Shown here in pieces: positions 1-12,235 of a stretch of DNA of 64,000 nucleotides. How positions within the stretch are numbered: the stretch's first letter is position 1; each line of letters begins with the position of its first letter. The DNA comes from Eledone cirrhosa (lineage: Eukaryota), in contig OZ024740.1 in assembly GCA_964016885.1 (NCBI GenBank), positions 305,474,001 to 305,538,000 of the forward strand, given 5' to 3'. The position numbers and the translations under genes are program-made. The notes under the pieces were generated by a model. That model ran no database searches and had not been told where the DNA came from. It saw only the letters and a list, made by a program, of their open reading frames with translations.

Positions 1-648
1 ATTGTCAAGAGGGCCGAGGGTGTCTTAGCATCACTCAGCAAGACCTTTGTCAGCCGCTCTCCAGATATCTATTTAAGGCTGTACATGGCTATGGTGCGAC
101 CACACTTAGAATTTGCATCACCAGTCTGGAACCCCTATCTTGCTCAGAACATTGACCGCCTGGAAACTGTTCAGAGACGTGCAACCAAGCGAATACCCTC
201 CATCAGGCATCTACCATACTCTGAGCGCCTTGTTTCCCTGGGCATGGATACATTGAAGCTCTGACGCCTGGCAACTGACTTGGTAAACACCCACAAAATT
301 GTTAACCATGTTGCCAACAACAACCCTGAGTGCCTTTTTGATTTCCATGTGTCTAACACACGTGGATATGCCCACAAAGTAAGAAAACAGCACAGTTCCC
401 ATGACTTTCAGAAACATTTTTTCACGCTCAGAGTTGCTGAAGCATGGAACAAACTACCTGCATCAGTTGTTAACTGTCGAGACACTGCATCCTTTAAGGC
501 CTCCATGCTTCCCGAGATCCGCCAACACTACAGGTAACACATACACATATGTACTTCCCTGACATTTGTGTATTATTCTATGTACTATACATACACCTTT
601 GACGAGTTGTAGTGCACCTGAGCACTTTACACAATAATTTCATTATTA
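1..648 (+). mobile_element. CR1-clade LINE 3' fragment (decayed RT C-terminus and 3' UTR)
   Basis: Translates to LYMAMVRPHLEFASPVWNPYL..LETVQRRATK..YSERL..L*R..TRG..FFTLRVAEAWNKLPASVV, typical of a CR1 ORF2 C-terminus. Has an in-frame stop and ends in an (ATT)n-like tail. Confidence 0.85.
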
Positions 649-683
649 CAGTATACCTACTTTTTCAGCCCCCTGTATGTATT

Positions 684-872
684 ATATGAATAAGATCTGT
701 ACACAAATACATGCTACCTAAGGTTTCAAATTTCAACCAGCATAGGACATAGTTATTCTGTCTGCTAGTTTAGATGATAACTAAACTAGTGGACATAGAA
801 TATCTATGTCCTATGTTGGTTGAAATTAGAAACCTTAGGTAGTGTGTATTTGTGTAGAGATTTTATTCATAT
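684..872. repeat. Fold-back palindrome (~90-bp arms, 7-nt loop) with hammerhead 3' half GAAACCTTAGGTA
   Basis: 684-773 is an imperfect reverse complement of 781-872; followed by (TA)n. Confidence 0.9.
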
Positions 873-1317
873 TATATATATATATATATATCAATCGTGT
901 CATTTGCTTTGTTATTTCTGTTTGCCTTTTGTATAAGAAAGTATAACACTGATTACAATTGTTGGCTGGTGGAATCTAAGGCAGCAATGTGTCATTTGTA
1001 AATCATCATATCAAGTTAATTATTCATTCTAATCACACACCCCTCCCTGACTCAGAAAGTTCCCATAAAACCAAAAGATCATAAATATGTGAGAGAGAGA
1101 GAGTGTGTGTGCGTGTGTATGTGTGTGTGTGTGTGTGCGTGTGTATGTGTGTGTGTGTGCGTGTGTTTGTGAAAGAGAAGGATAAGACTGCTAAAGACAT
1201 GCACAAGTCAATAAATGGCAACAGATGTTCTGAAGTAAATGAATAACAAATTGCCACAAAGTAACAATTGTGTTTAAATGCAACTCTAGATGATTAAACA
1301 TCTCTCAATAATAATGG

Positions 1318-1530
1318 TTTCTGATTTAGGCACAAGGCCAACAATTTTGGGGAAGGGGAAAGTCGATTAGATCAACCCTAGTGCATTACTGGTACTTTAT
1401 TTTATCGACAGCGTAAGAATGAAAGGCAAAGTTAACCTCGGTGGGATTTGAACACAGAACATAAAAGCCGATAAACTCTATGCTGTAAAGCATGTTAATC
1501 TGATGCTCTGTCAATACTATCGATCCACCA
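1318..1530 (-). mobile_element. tRNA-derived SINE (family with GCCTTTCATCC/GTCGATAAAATAAAGTACCAG core)
   Basis: Reverse complement of the copies at 21241 and 54796. Confidence 0.75.
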
Positions 1531-3051
1531 CCCTCACTCAATAATAATAATATTGTCAATGTTCGTTTTTTAATTATTCTTTCAAGGATTTTTTATTGTT
1601 ATCCAAAGATACATTAGTAATCCTTTCTCTTGTTACCGTTTCTTGTGTTTTTTGTTGTTGTTTTTAAACAAAGAAGAAATTTAAAATTATAATTGAAAGT
1701 TTGAAAAGTTAAAAAATAAAAAAAGATATTTATTAGCATGCTATCTAATTCGTAGCAATCTTAGTTAATCATTAAAATATGAAGAGACTAGTTGTGGACT
1801 GTGTTGCTAAAAACACAGTTCAATAAAGTTTTAAAATATTAGTCCTAAGAACAGAATTTCAGGGGTTCAAACAGGCTCTTCAGATCAATTTTAGCCTATG
1901 TATTTTAATATTTGGTTCATCATATTTTATGGTCGTCTTTTAAGTCCCCAGCTGTAAATTACTATTTATTTCTATCTTATTGATTTTGAGTCAATGTGGA
2001 GTATTTCAGATCAACTGATATTATTGAGACCTCTCACAATGTCTTCAGGGTAGAAGAAACTGGTTTTGATATTAAGAGGCCTGGCTTCAGTTAAAGGAAA
2101 TCTAAGCAACAATATAGTACTAAATATGATAATTTCTAACTTTTGTATAAGACTACAAATTTATAGGGTCAGGGATGTAGCAATATTGAATACACTGCAT
2201 ATATTACTGGTACATATTGTATCAATACCAGAGAGATAACAAGAAAACTGACCCTTACAGGATCTGAAAACAGATTGAAAAGAAACATAAGTAAATGACC
2301 TAGCAGTCTGATGTTCATGCACAACATCAACGACAACAATAACAACCATCATCATTTATATCACCATCATTCTTTTAACGTCCACTTTCCCAGCTAGCAA
2401 GGGTTGGATGGGTCTACATAAACCAAGTCAGTACTGAAGTGCTGTTACTGATCTCCCTGACAAGCCAGGGATCTGTTGTCTCGCTTATGTACAGTCTCAC
2501 GTTCTACCGAGTGCAGAGAAGAGATTGTCATGTCTTTGACACAACTGTGGGTCCTCTCAACCCTTAATTTCGCAAGCTGTCTATGGCTGGATACCCTTCC
2601 TATCACCAACCACTTTACAGCGTATATAATAATAATAATAATAACAATAATAATAATAATAGATCTCTGACATTGGCGCAAAGCTACAAACTTAAGAGCG
2701 GAACGTAGTCAGTTGCTGTGAACCCATTACTTATTTTATCAATCCTATAAGGATAAAATGATCTGAGAGGACAGTGCCCAGTGACATGCTATACCATATC
2801 TACCACAATTTCTAATTTTGCCACAAGTGTACATATATTGTGGGAGTATTGTAGTAGATTTTATCTGACCCTACTATATGATTGATACTAACTTCATTAG
2901 CTCTGGATATATATATATATGCAAAGGTTTTATTTAAAATTGTTGGGTTACAACAAGTAAATGTTTTATAACTGATATAAAGCACTCGACAAGTTTTTGG
3001 AGTATATATACGATATTAAACAAATGGAAACTATATTTATAAAACCATATT

Positions 3052-3117
3052 TATTTCATTATACATATTTCAGGAATACCACATTAAAAATATGGCATGC
3101 CTTCGTCAGATAAAATA
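3052..3117 (-). ncRNA. Putative minimal type I hammerhead ribozyme (mirror copy)
   Basis: Reverse complement reads TATTTTAT CTGACGA AGGCATGCCATATTTTTAATGTGGTATTCCT GAAA TATGTA TA ATGAAATA. Confidence 0.7.
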
Positions 3118-3251
3118 CAATATATAAACAGTTTTATAAATAATTTTGACGTACCATATTATAAGCGACCATTAAATTAGACAGCTTCCTAATTTAATGG
3201 TCGCTTATAATATGGTACGTCAAAATTATTTATAAAACTGTTTATATATTG

Positions 3252-3331
3252 TATTTTATCTGACGAAGGCATGCCATATTTTTAATATGGTATTTTTAAT
3301 GTGGTATCCCTGAAATATGTATAATGAAATA
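3252..3331 (+). ncRNA. Putative minimal type I hammerhead ribozyme
   Basis: TATTTTAT-CTGACGA-AGGCATGCCAT..GTGGTATCCCT-GAAA-TATGTA-TA^-ATGAAATA: catalytic core plus stems I, II and a short quasi-palindromic stem III. Confidence 0.7.
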
Positions 3332-3371
3332 AATATGGTTTTATAAATATAGTTTCCATTTGTTTAATATC

Positions 3372-3406
<35 letters not shown>

Positions 3407-4125
3407 CAGACCATGCACAATGAATTCGGTGAATGCAACGAGGTATTTTCGTTTATTTTGAGTAGTGTTGTCAATGACACACATATACATGTGTGTATGT
3501 GTATATATATACATACACACGTCAGGTCACCAGTTGGTGCTACTGGTAACATGTATCCTAGTACAACCTGTCTCATGGTCGGATCGTTAGCGACTAAACT
3601 GGCAACCCCACCAAGGTTTCTTGGTGAGGAGGGTGACTTTGGACATCCTGCAGGACTAACAACAAAACCTGTCAAAAGGCAAAGGAGCTCTTAAGAGTCA
3701 ATGGCCATCCAAAATCACCGGGAGAGATGACCCCTTAGCCTTTGTCAAGGCAGAATTCTAGAAGAAGGAAACTCTGATATAGCACCTGCAACCCTGATGG
3801 TATCCAATGATGTTGACTTGTTCTTCTTTTTGGTAAATATCATCTTGGTTAAGAGAGTCGGACTGGCTTTGTGCAGTGCCTTTGCTCACTATAAAAGCTT
3901 CACGGCACAGGCATTGCTTTATATCTGAAGATCTCTCTGCACTTGTCGTCACATGGTACCATGGGCCTAGCACTATGTGTCAATAATTGTCACAAGTGTA
4001 GTGTTTGTACTAGAGTTTTTAAGTCGCTGGCTGGACTAAAAAGTCACACTCGTTCAGCGCATTGGTAGCGGTTCTCCTACATGGATATAAAGTAGTGGCC
4101 GTACTCGAAAACGAGTTGGCAACCA

Positions 4126-4186
<61 letters not shown>

Positions 4187-5797
4187 AAATGTAGCCATTA
4201 GCAGAACCATCTAACTTTTGTTATAATGAAGCAATGAACAAGAAGGGGAGAGGTAAGACTATCTTAAAGAGTTGATTAAAATGTTAGAGCTTAGGTTCAA
4301 GAGCAAAAGAGTTATAAAATTATTTCTAAATTAGATATATAAGACATCTAACCTCGAAAACTGCTAATGGTGTAATTCAACTCCTCAAAACTGCTAATGG
4401 TGTAATTTAAAAATTTAAAAAACTAAAAAAAAAAACTAAAACAGTTCAAGTTTGAAACAACATCAATTGATGAGAGGAGAAATGGAAAGTGTTAGCTGGG
4501 AATCGAACAGGTTATTCTAGTCTTAACATATAATTAGAATAGATCCTAATGAACTCAGATCAATACACACACACATATATATAATTATACATATAGTTTT
4601 GTCTTCATTAAGTTAACAGGACCATTTTGTGCTTAAAACAAAGAATTTAATAGTGGACAAATGATATATTAACTCTTAAAGCATGTTAAAATAAAATAAA
4701 GGTTTCCGTAATAGGGCACCTTGACCAATGAAAGGTTCGAGGAACACACATATATGTTTGTAAGAAGAATAATGAAAAAAAAACCCAGATTAATAAAAAT
4801 CGTTGGCAGATAAAATAGATATATGAAATGAGTCAATAGAAATATTCAGCGAGTGGGTTATACAACTTGTATGTCCGTTTGTCTGTGTGTCTATATTATT
4901 GATTTCTTATATAGATACAATACTTCTCAGGTTTACAAGGGGAAAAGAAATGTGAAGTTAAGTTGATATATTTCTTGCAACAACTTGAAAGATGTGAAAG
5001 TCTGTGTTTTTCTCTCTCCCTCCTAACTCTATTTAAATTCTAAAACCTCATGGTTGCTAGCAGAAAACAAACTAGGTATAATTATGTCTAAGATATTTCA
5101 AACTGATCTTTCGATTATTAAGGGTTGAAACGTCAAACATCAACCCATGAGGAAATTCTTAGGATAGCAAAAATATTATAGTCGGGATTCTGAAAGAAAT
5201 AAAAAGCGAAAACCCCACAAGGTAGTCAGTAAGGCCAGCGTCTAGCTGAATATATTTTCATTTACTTGTGAACATTAAAACATTCAATATATACTTCTAC
5301 ATTACAATTTAACTATTTTCACATTTTATATGTAACTATTATATATATATATCTATATATATATAATATGTGCAACTGTAATTTGTATATAATTTGAATT
5401 TATTAATGTTTTATGAGTCATTTGTGACAAATCATAATCCGATAATATATATGTATATATATAATAAACGATTAAAAAGATATTGAAAATTGTTTAAAAT
5501 AAGAACAAATTGAAGTTTGCTGACTCGACTTTTAAGAACACCAAAGACTATTAAATTAATATAAGGAGAAAAAGGCAAGATGGATTTATTCAACAGTTGA
5601 AAAATCAAATTATGTCAACCAAATCGCAAATAGACTCTAAATTCTCTTATTGTATTATGTATACGAAGAGATGAGATAATACTAGAACTTCCAGTATTGT
5701 TACTATATATTAGTAAAAAATAAAAGGTAAATTTGTACGTGGTAGATATAAATTGACCAGACTTAGACTAACCAAAGCAAATCATTTCTTCACCCAC

Positions 5798-5828
<31 letters not shown>

Positions 5829-6022
5829 GTTTATAGGGATAGAGAGAATTGAAGTGGTGTGTTGATGATTTAGGTTTAGATAGAACTTTTAAAGCTGATG
5901 AAAGTTACAAGACCATCCAAGTGTGGGATAAACAGCTTGAAATATGTGTTATTAAAATGTTTTCATAGAAAGCATGTTTAATGGCTTTATTTTAGAAAAA
6001 GTTCCTATGACAGCTGCTAAAT

Positions 6023-6033
6023 ACCGCCATGTT
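6023..6033 (-). promoter_or_regulatory. YY1-like motif (AACATGGCGG) in ARF4 intron 1
   Basis: CCGCCATGTT on the + strand, about 160 bp into the intron. Confidence 0.4.
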
Positions 6034-6191
6034 GGACAGCAGATAGATACAGTTCTGTTGTTTTACGTTGAAAATATCACATAGAAAGGGGAAAATACAT
6101 CGGTGTTTAGTCTCATACAGATTCAGTCTTTACTGTTCAACTATAACAACAAGATATGCGGAAATATAATATGATTTTCTTGAAAACTTAC

Positions 6192-6258
6192 CCATAAGAA
6201 TTCGCATTTGGCTTTTACCAAACATACGCTGGAAAAGGCTAGAGATAGTTAGACCCAT
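6192..6258 (-). CDS. ARF4: ADP-ribosylation factor class II (ARF4/ARF5-like), first coding exon
   Basis: Encodes MGLTISSLFQRMFGKSQMRILM(V), then G|GTAAGT. It is 67 nt with a phase-1 end, has the myristoylation Gly2 and matches the class II Arf N-terminus. The next exon (GLDAAGKTT) was not found in 1-6190. Confidence 0.93.
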
Positions 6259-6479
6259 ATTTCTTATTCAATTTGCTTTTTTCTTAAATAAAGATGGGCA
6301 GATCTGTAAATATTCCTCAACTTCAAACCTTGTATTAGTTGATGTTTTTAATTAGGACTGTACAAGTTTACAGCGAAATGAAAGAAAAAAAAAATAATAT
6401 CAGTCACTAGACTGAATAGCTATATAAACAAATATAATTTGATGTGTGTATCAGCAAAAGGAACGGAGCCTTGGCTATT

Positions 6480-6835
6480 CTCCGAAATACGAGAGAATAT
6501 ATATATTTCCACCTGGAAATGACAAGTAGCCTTTGCTACTCAATCAATGAGTAAGTGTGTGTATATTTGTTAATGAAAGACGTGAAAGAGAGTTGCTGGT
6601 AATTGCCACGTCAGTTCTGCCAACCACACATCAGTTGAGCTGATATGACGTCACAGCTGGGAGAGAGCGAGAGACAGGCAGAGAGAGAGAGAGACTGGAC
6701 CATTGGCACCCCATAATGGTGTGTTAACAAGCCTGTTAGAGAAATGGCAATGTTTGCTAGTGGCTGTTGGTATGATTACAGGTTTCCTAAAGGCCTGTAA
6801 TTATATATATCGTATGTGTATATATGAGTAAGTTT
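6480..6835. promoter_or_regulatory. Candidate divergent ARF4/LRRC20 promoter region
   Basis: CCACGTCA (= TGACGTGG) at 6606-6613, TGACGTCA at 6646-6653, a (GA)n tract at 6661-6694, and two + strand GA|GTAAGT donors at 6551 and 6828. Confidence 0.6.
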
Positions 6836-7269
6836 TATATACGTGTAAAGTTCCAGATATATGGGGGTGTGTAGCAGTTTTCTAATTTTTTTTATTCAGT
6901 AAAGTGATTGGTAGTGGTAGTGTCTATGGCCATTTTTTAGCAACCCCCACCACCTTATTCCTGAAACTCGTGTGAAGAAGGGAGAAAGTTACTCTGAAAC
7001 TGGAAACTAGGCTCATGATGTTGACCTTAAGTAAGGAATACAGTTCCCCTGTGGCTATGTGGACAGCAATAAATTTATAACCTTTAAAAGGTTTTTATTC
7101 ATTTATATATCATAGATATATAAATGAATCCATTTTCAGATTGAATTTGAAAATACACTGTAGGTGTCTATTTGTTAGAGAAAACATCCAACTTTTCAAG
7201 ATAACATTGCAAAATAGCTTATTAATTGTAATTACAAACATAAATCTATAATCAGGATGATGTGTATGT

Positions 7270-7625
7270 ATCTTCTTTTCTTCGCTCACTTATTCTTGAG
7301 AGGTTCGTGGGGCCAGAGTCCTCAAACACTCCTTCCAGCGGGTCCTGTCAGAAACAGTTGTCTCCAACTGATCTGTCTGGATCCCTAATCATGACCAGCC
7401 AAGCTCATGGATGTTATCCAACCATCATGCTCAGAGTCTACTTCTGGGTCTCCTACCTGTTGGTTTTGCTCATAAAATCTGTCCAGTGATTTTTTTCCTG
7501 AGACATTCTAACCACATGCCCATTGTATCGGAGCTGTGGTCTCTCATTTCAGAGAAGTAGCGGCTCTACCTAGAGTGACTCTCTGATCTCCGAGCTACAC
7601 ACTTTATCGATTAACGTTACTACAA
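7270..7625 (-). mobile_element. RTE-clade LINE 3' fragment ((GAA)n-tailed family)
   Basis: Reverse complement of the copies at 16230-16560 and 25950-26590. Confidence 0.7.
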
Positions 7626-7939
7626 AGACCCTTGTGTATAAATATTGTATTTCAGATTCATGTCAGCCTTCATTCAACACAACCACAATCAAATCATTCT
7701 TTATTCAAAGTATCCTTTATTTTTTTAGGATAGCAAGATGTGATTTGAAGGAGATTTAGGTTATATCTATCATGCTAAATTTTTCACTCATCAGCTCCCT
7801 TATGCTACAATGTTGTCAGCAGAGGTTTCAACTCCCTAAACTACTTCCAAACTCATTTTACCTGGTTACCTGGCTATCACACTTTCAGAATGGCCTTCCG
7901 CAAACTGATTAGGTATATATATATATATATAATCATTAT

Positions 7940-9060
7940 CAGGGGTGCTGTCAGTAAAGTGAGAATAGGAATGGAGTTTAGTGAGGAATTCCAGATACAA
8001 GTCGGTGTATATCAGGGTTCGGTCCTCAGCCCGCTCTTGTTCATTATAGTCCTACAAGCCATAACAGAGGTGTTTAAGACTGGATGCCCATGGGAACTTC
8101 TCTATGCTGATGATCTGGATCTTATAGAAGAATCAGTAGAGGAGCTAGAGAATAAATTCTGGCTATGGAAACAGCAGTTCAAATCAAGAGGCCTGAGAGT
8201 GAACATAGCTAAAACAAAAGTGTTGATAAGTATAAAAGAGGAAATGGCCATGTTCGATATGTAGGAAAGGAACTGACATAAATTCTATAAAATGTACGCA
8301 ATGCAGATCATGGGTACACAAGAGATCTAGTGGGATAGCAGGCAAACTACCAGGTAGGGAAAACTACATATGCAGTAGATGTACAGGGAAAGTTGGCAGT
8401 AGTAATCGCAGTGATAGATACAATTTTTCCAATGCAGGTGGGTGCTATAGAAGTGGTTGATAGCTTCCAGTACCTAGGTAATCAAATTAGCATGGGAGGG
8501 GGGTGTTCCGAGGCCGTAGTATCTAGAATAAGGACGGGTTGGAAGAAGTTTAGAGAGCTGCTCCCTCTGTTGACAAAGAAGGGTTTCTCCCTGCATACAA
8601 AAGGACGGTTATATGATGCCTGTGTGAGATGCGCGATGCTGCATGGTAGTGAGACAAGGGCAGCAACTCCAGAAGATATGCGACGGATGGAGAGAAATGA
8701 AGCAATGTGCGTGAAAGACCAAGCATAGACGAGTTGAGAAAGAAAATGGGTATAAGAGGGATAAGTTGTGGTGTGCAAGAGAGAAGGCTGAGATGGTATG
8801 GTCATGTGATGCGCATGGAGGATGACTGCTGGGTAAAGAAGTGCCAAGAAATCCCAGTAGAAGGAAGCTGCAGTATAGGTAGACCACGAAAAACATGGGC
8901 AGAGTTGGTGAGAGCAGGCCTCAGATCGCTGAAACTCACTGAGGAGATGACGAAGGACTGTGACAAGTGGAGAGACACTGCTGAATAGGACCCGTCCAAC
9001 CCTTGCAAGCAGGGAAAAGCGGACGTAAAATGATGATGATGATGATGATCATCATCATCA
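7940..9060 (+). mobile_element. RTE-clade LINE, 5'-truncated and frameshifted (RT domain to 3' tail)
   Basis: Motifs QGSVLSPLLF, LLYADDL, FQYLG, RLRWYGHVMRM and GRPRKTW; tail AACCCTTGCAAGCAGGGAAAAGCGGACGTAAAA(TGA)n. Confidence 0.92.
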
Positions 9061-9275
9061 TCATCACCACCATTTAATGTCCATGTTTCCATGCTAGCTT
9101 GGATGAGATGAGTTGTCCTGTTGTGAGACAAGTCAGATCAGATGACCGCATCATGTTCATACAGAACTGGTTCTGGCTTGGTTTCTATGGTTAGATGCCT
9201 TTCCTAATGCCAACCACATTTACAGTGTGTACTGGGTGATTTTAGTCATGACACCTACACAAACACTTTACAGTG
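9050..9275 (-). mobile_element. Non-autonomous RTE-tailed element (SINE-like)
   Basis: Shares the (ATG)n tail and CATGCTAGCATGG stem with the RTE 3' end; internal CACCCAGTACACACTGTAAA repeats. Confidence 0.7.
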
Positions 9276-9844
9276 TATATATATATATATCATCATCATC
9301 GTTTTTACATCCGTTTTTCCATGCATGCATGTATATATACACACACACATCATTATTTTTACCTCTGCTTTTCCTTACTAATGATAATTATATATATTTC
9401 TTGTAAGGCGCCCCCCCCCCCCCATTAAAATAAAGGTAAGTGAATGCAACAAAGCTAAATCAACTATGACCCACCACATGAAACACTATTACTCAGCTAC
9501 AACTAACAGTAATATATATATATATATATATATAATTTTCTCTCACACTCTACCCAACAACAAAATAATAGTAAATGAAAACCACCGACATAAACCAACC
9601 GTGACCTACCACACAGCTACAATTACTCAGCTATAAAATACAATTTTTAACACAATAAAACAGCATCCATTATATGCAAATCAACCAGTAAATAATTCAC
9701 ATCTAGAACCTGAAACCCATAACCAAGAAATCAATCTATATCACACTTAAACATCTAAAAAAAGTCAATAATGAAATAAATACCATCCTACTACACTAGT
9801 ACTGTGGTGAAAATTTGTCAGGCTATAACTAGCCTCAATATATG

Positions 9845-10125
9845 TATCATTATCATCGTTTTTACGCCCACTTTTCCTTGTTTGCAGGGGTTGCATGGGA
9901 CCTTCTCAGTATGGCATCTCTTCATTTGACACTTTCCTTCGTCATCTATTCTGCCAGTCTTAGCTCTCACAACATCTGCCCAGGTTTTCCTTGGTTGTCC
10001 TCTACTGTGACTTCCTTCCAATGACATTTCTTCACCCATTGGTCATTGTCCATGAGCCTCATATGTCCATACCAACGCAGTCATATCTCCTGCACACCTT
10101 CTCAGATTCCTCTTAAACCCAGCTT
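9845..10125 (-). mobile_element. RTE LINE 3' fragment
   Basis: Minus strand reads LRWYGH..GQPRKTWADVV followed by the same tail as 8990-9060. Confidence 0.8.
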
Positions 10126-10147
10126 CATTGATTTCGCATTCTATTTT

Positions 10148-10490
10148 TTGATGAAAGACTAGCCTCCAGAGCATTAAGACTCTTTTCCAACTATATCAAG
10201 CATAAAACTAATAATATATTTCTTCCTTTGTGCTGTGTAGTTTGTTTTCTTATTTCTGTTTGCCTTTTGAATATATATGTATATGATATATCATTTCATT
10301 CATTTTAATTTCATTTTACGTCCGTTTTTCCCTGCTTGCAAGGGTGGGACGGGAACTGATATATATATATATATATATATAAAAGTTAAACAGAAATAAC
10401 AACACAATCAGTACAGTATATGGAAGGAATATATTAGGTTAACACTTGAAATAGCAGGAAGAGGTTCTTAACGTTTCAGACGCTAGTTTG
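10148..10490. mobile_element. Two tail-to-tail decayed Penelope-like terminal repeats
   Basis: 10148-10270 (+) resembles the reverse complement of 10381-10487 (GCGTCTGAAACGTTAAGAAC..TTATTTCTGTTT); both end at (TA)n. Confidence 0.5.
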
Positions 10491-10890
10491 AAGTGCGTGT
10501 ATATTAGAATTTGTAGAATAATGGGAAGAACTCAATGCAAGGAAGATATTATAAGTGCAAAGTGCCATCAATGACAGCATTGGGTAAAATTTACCTCAAA
10601 GGATAGAAATCAGTGGCTAGAAGTGTGTTGGCCCACAGAAGTCATGGGAAGAAAATGAAAAGAGATCACAAAAACATTTAAATACACTCAATAGTTTTTA
10701 GACCGCTTGTGGTTTCGACGATTTAACTAAAAGGACCACATAAAACAGACGGCTCATACAACAAAGAAATAAATATCTCTGTTGGTATGATGTTTGTGTG
10801 AGGAATAAACAGATTAGATAAACACAGAGAGAGAAAAATAAAGTGCTTCCACTCAGCATCAAGTCACTGTGAGAAAGAGCAGTGAGTAGG

Positions 10891-10891
10891 A

Positions 10892-10956
<65 letters not shown>

Positions 10957-10960
10957 AAAG
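10891..10960 (+). repeat. (GAAA)n microsatellite
   Basis: Direct reading. Confidence 0.95.
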
Positions 10961-11315
10961 AAATCAGTAAGAAGAAGGAAAGAAAGAATGAAAGAAGAGG
11001 GAATGAATAGCCAACAAACTTCAGGTATGGTATCCTTTAAAAAAAAACAAAAAACCAAGTGTAAATTATTACTGTGAAGGAGGGGAGATAATTCAAAGAA
11101 AAGTGTCTGATTTTTTTTTTTAGGCAAGGGACAACCATATTTGATCTCACCAGCATACTACAGAATAACTGAATCTGTGGATGAATAACTATATTTTTAC
11201 ACACAGTAAAACTATCAGGTATATTTTAGAACGACAATAACTAACAAATAAGTCATTTTACATATGACAAATACATGTACATGTGTGCGTGTCAGCATGC
11301 ACACACATTTACATT

Positions 11316-11347
<32 letters not shown>

Positions 11348-11357
11348 CACACATATA

Positions 11358-11632
11358 TCATCATCATCATCAACACCATTTAATGTCCATTCTTCCACGC
11401 TAGCATGGGTTTAGACGAGTTGTCCTGTTGTGGGCAATGACAGGTCATATGACCATGTCGTGCTCATACAGAACTGATTTTGGCTTGATTTCTACAGCTG
11501 GATGTCCTTCCTAACGCCAACCTCACTTACAGTGAGTACTGGGTGCTTTTTACCATGGCGCCTACACGACCACTTTATAGTGTGGACTGGGTGCTTTTTT
11601 GTCATGACACCTACATAACCACTTTACAGTGG
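11358..11632 (-). mobile_element. Non-autonomous RTE-tailed element
   Basis: Homologous to 9050-9275, 28015-28250 and 31540-31800. Confidence 0.75.
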
Positions 11633-11755
11633 GATGGGGGTGGGGGCATACTGTCTTCAGCAAAAAAATATGGTAATTCAAAATTGCTAATTCAATTCAA
11701 TTTTCAAATCCCATCACTGGCTTCTAATCATGTGATTTTTAAATAAATATATAAA

Positions 11756-11774
<19 letters not shown>

Positions 11775-11796
<22 letters not shown>

Positions 11797-12155
11797 GAAA
11801 TTATTGTGTACAGTGCTCAGGTGCACTACAACTCATCAAAGGTGCATGTATAGTACATAGAATAATGTGCAAATGTCAGGAAAGTGAACAGTGTATAAGT
11901 CATAATATACATGTGTGTGTGTGTATGGAGGGAGGATATCAGGTGTATTGTTGGCGAATTTCAGGAATTATGGAGGTTTTAAAGGATGCCGTGTCTCGGC
12001 AGCTAACAACTGATGCAGGTAGTTTGTTCCATACTTCAGCAACTCTGAGCATGAAAAAAAGGTTTCCGAAAGTCATGGGAGCTGTGCTGTTTTCTGACTT
12101 TGTAGGCATGCCACATGTGTTAGACACACGGAATTCAAAAAGGTGCTCAGGGTTG
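11775..12155 (-). mobile_element. CR1-clade LINE 3' fragment
   Basis: Reverse complement of 320-648 (FFMLRVAEVWNKLPASVV) with an (ATT)n tail. Confidence 0.85.
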
Positions 12156-12235
12156 TAATAATAACATTAGTAAAGATGCTAAAGTTACATAAATTGTTAT
12201 ATGTAACTTCAGCATCTTTATTAATGTTATTATTA
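12156..12235. repeat. Short AT-rich hairpin (~35-bp arms)
   Basis: TAATAATAACATTAGTAAAGATGCTAAAGTTACAT pairs with ATGTAACTTCAGCATCTTTATTAATGTTATTATTA. Confidence 0.85.

Larger units (their letters stand above)
3003..3380. repeat. Near-perfect palindrome (~178-bp arms, 8-nt loop), flanked by (TA)n
   Basis: 3003-3180 pairs with 3189-3380; the right arm carries a 14-bp internal duplication. Confidence 0.95.

Noticed and set aside
3520-3960. HDV-like ribozyme in an RTE 5'UTR-like segment
   Set aside because: The segment resembles an RTE 5' region, but I could not assemble the nested double pseudoknot by eye; it needs an RNArobo or Infernal search.
5992-6030. Minus-strand ATGGCG as a gene start
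   Set aside because: It stops after 12 codons and lies inside ARF4 intron 1; better read as a YY1-like motif.
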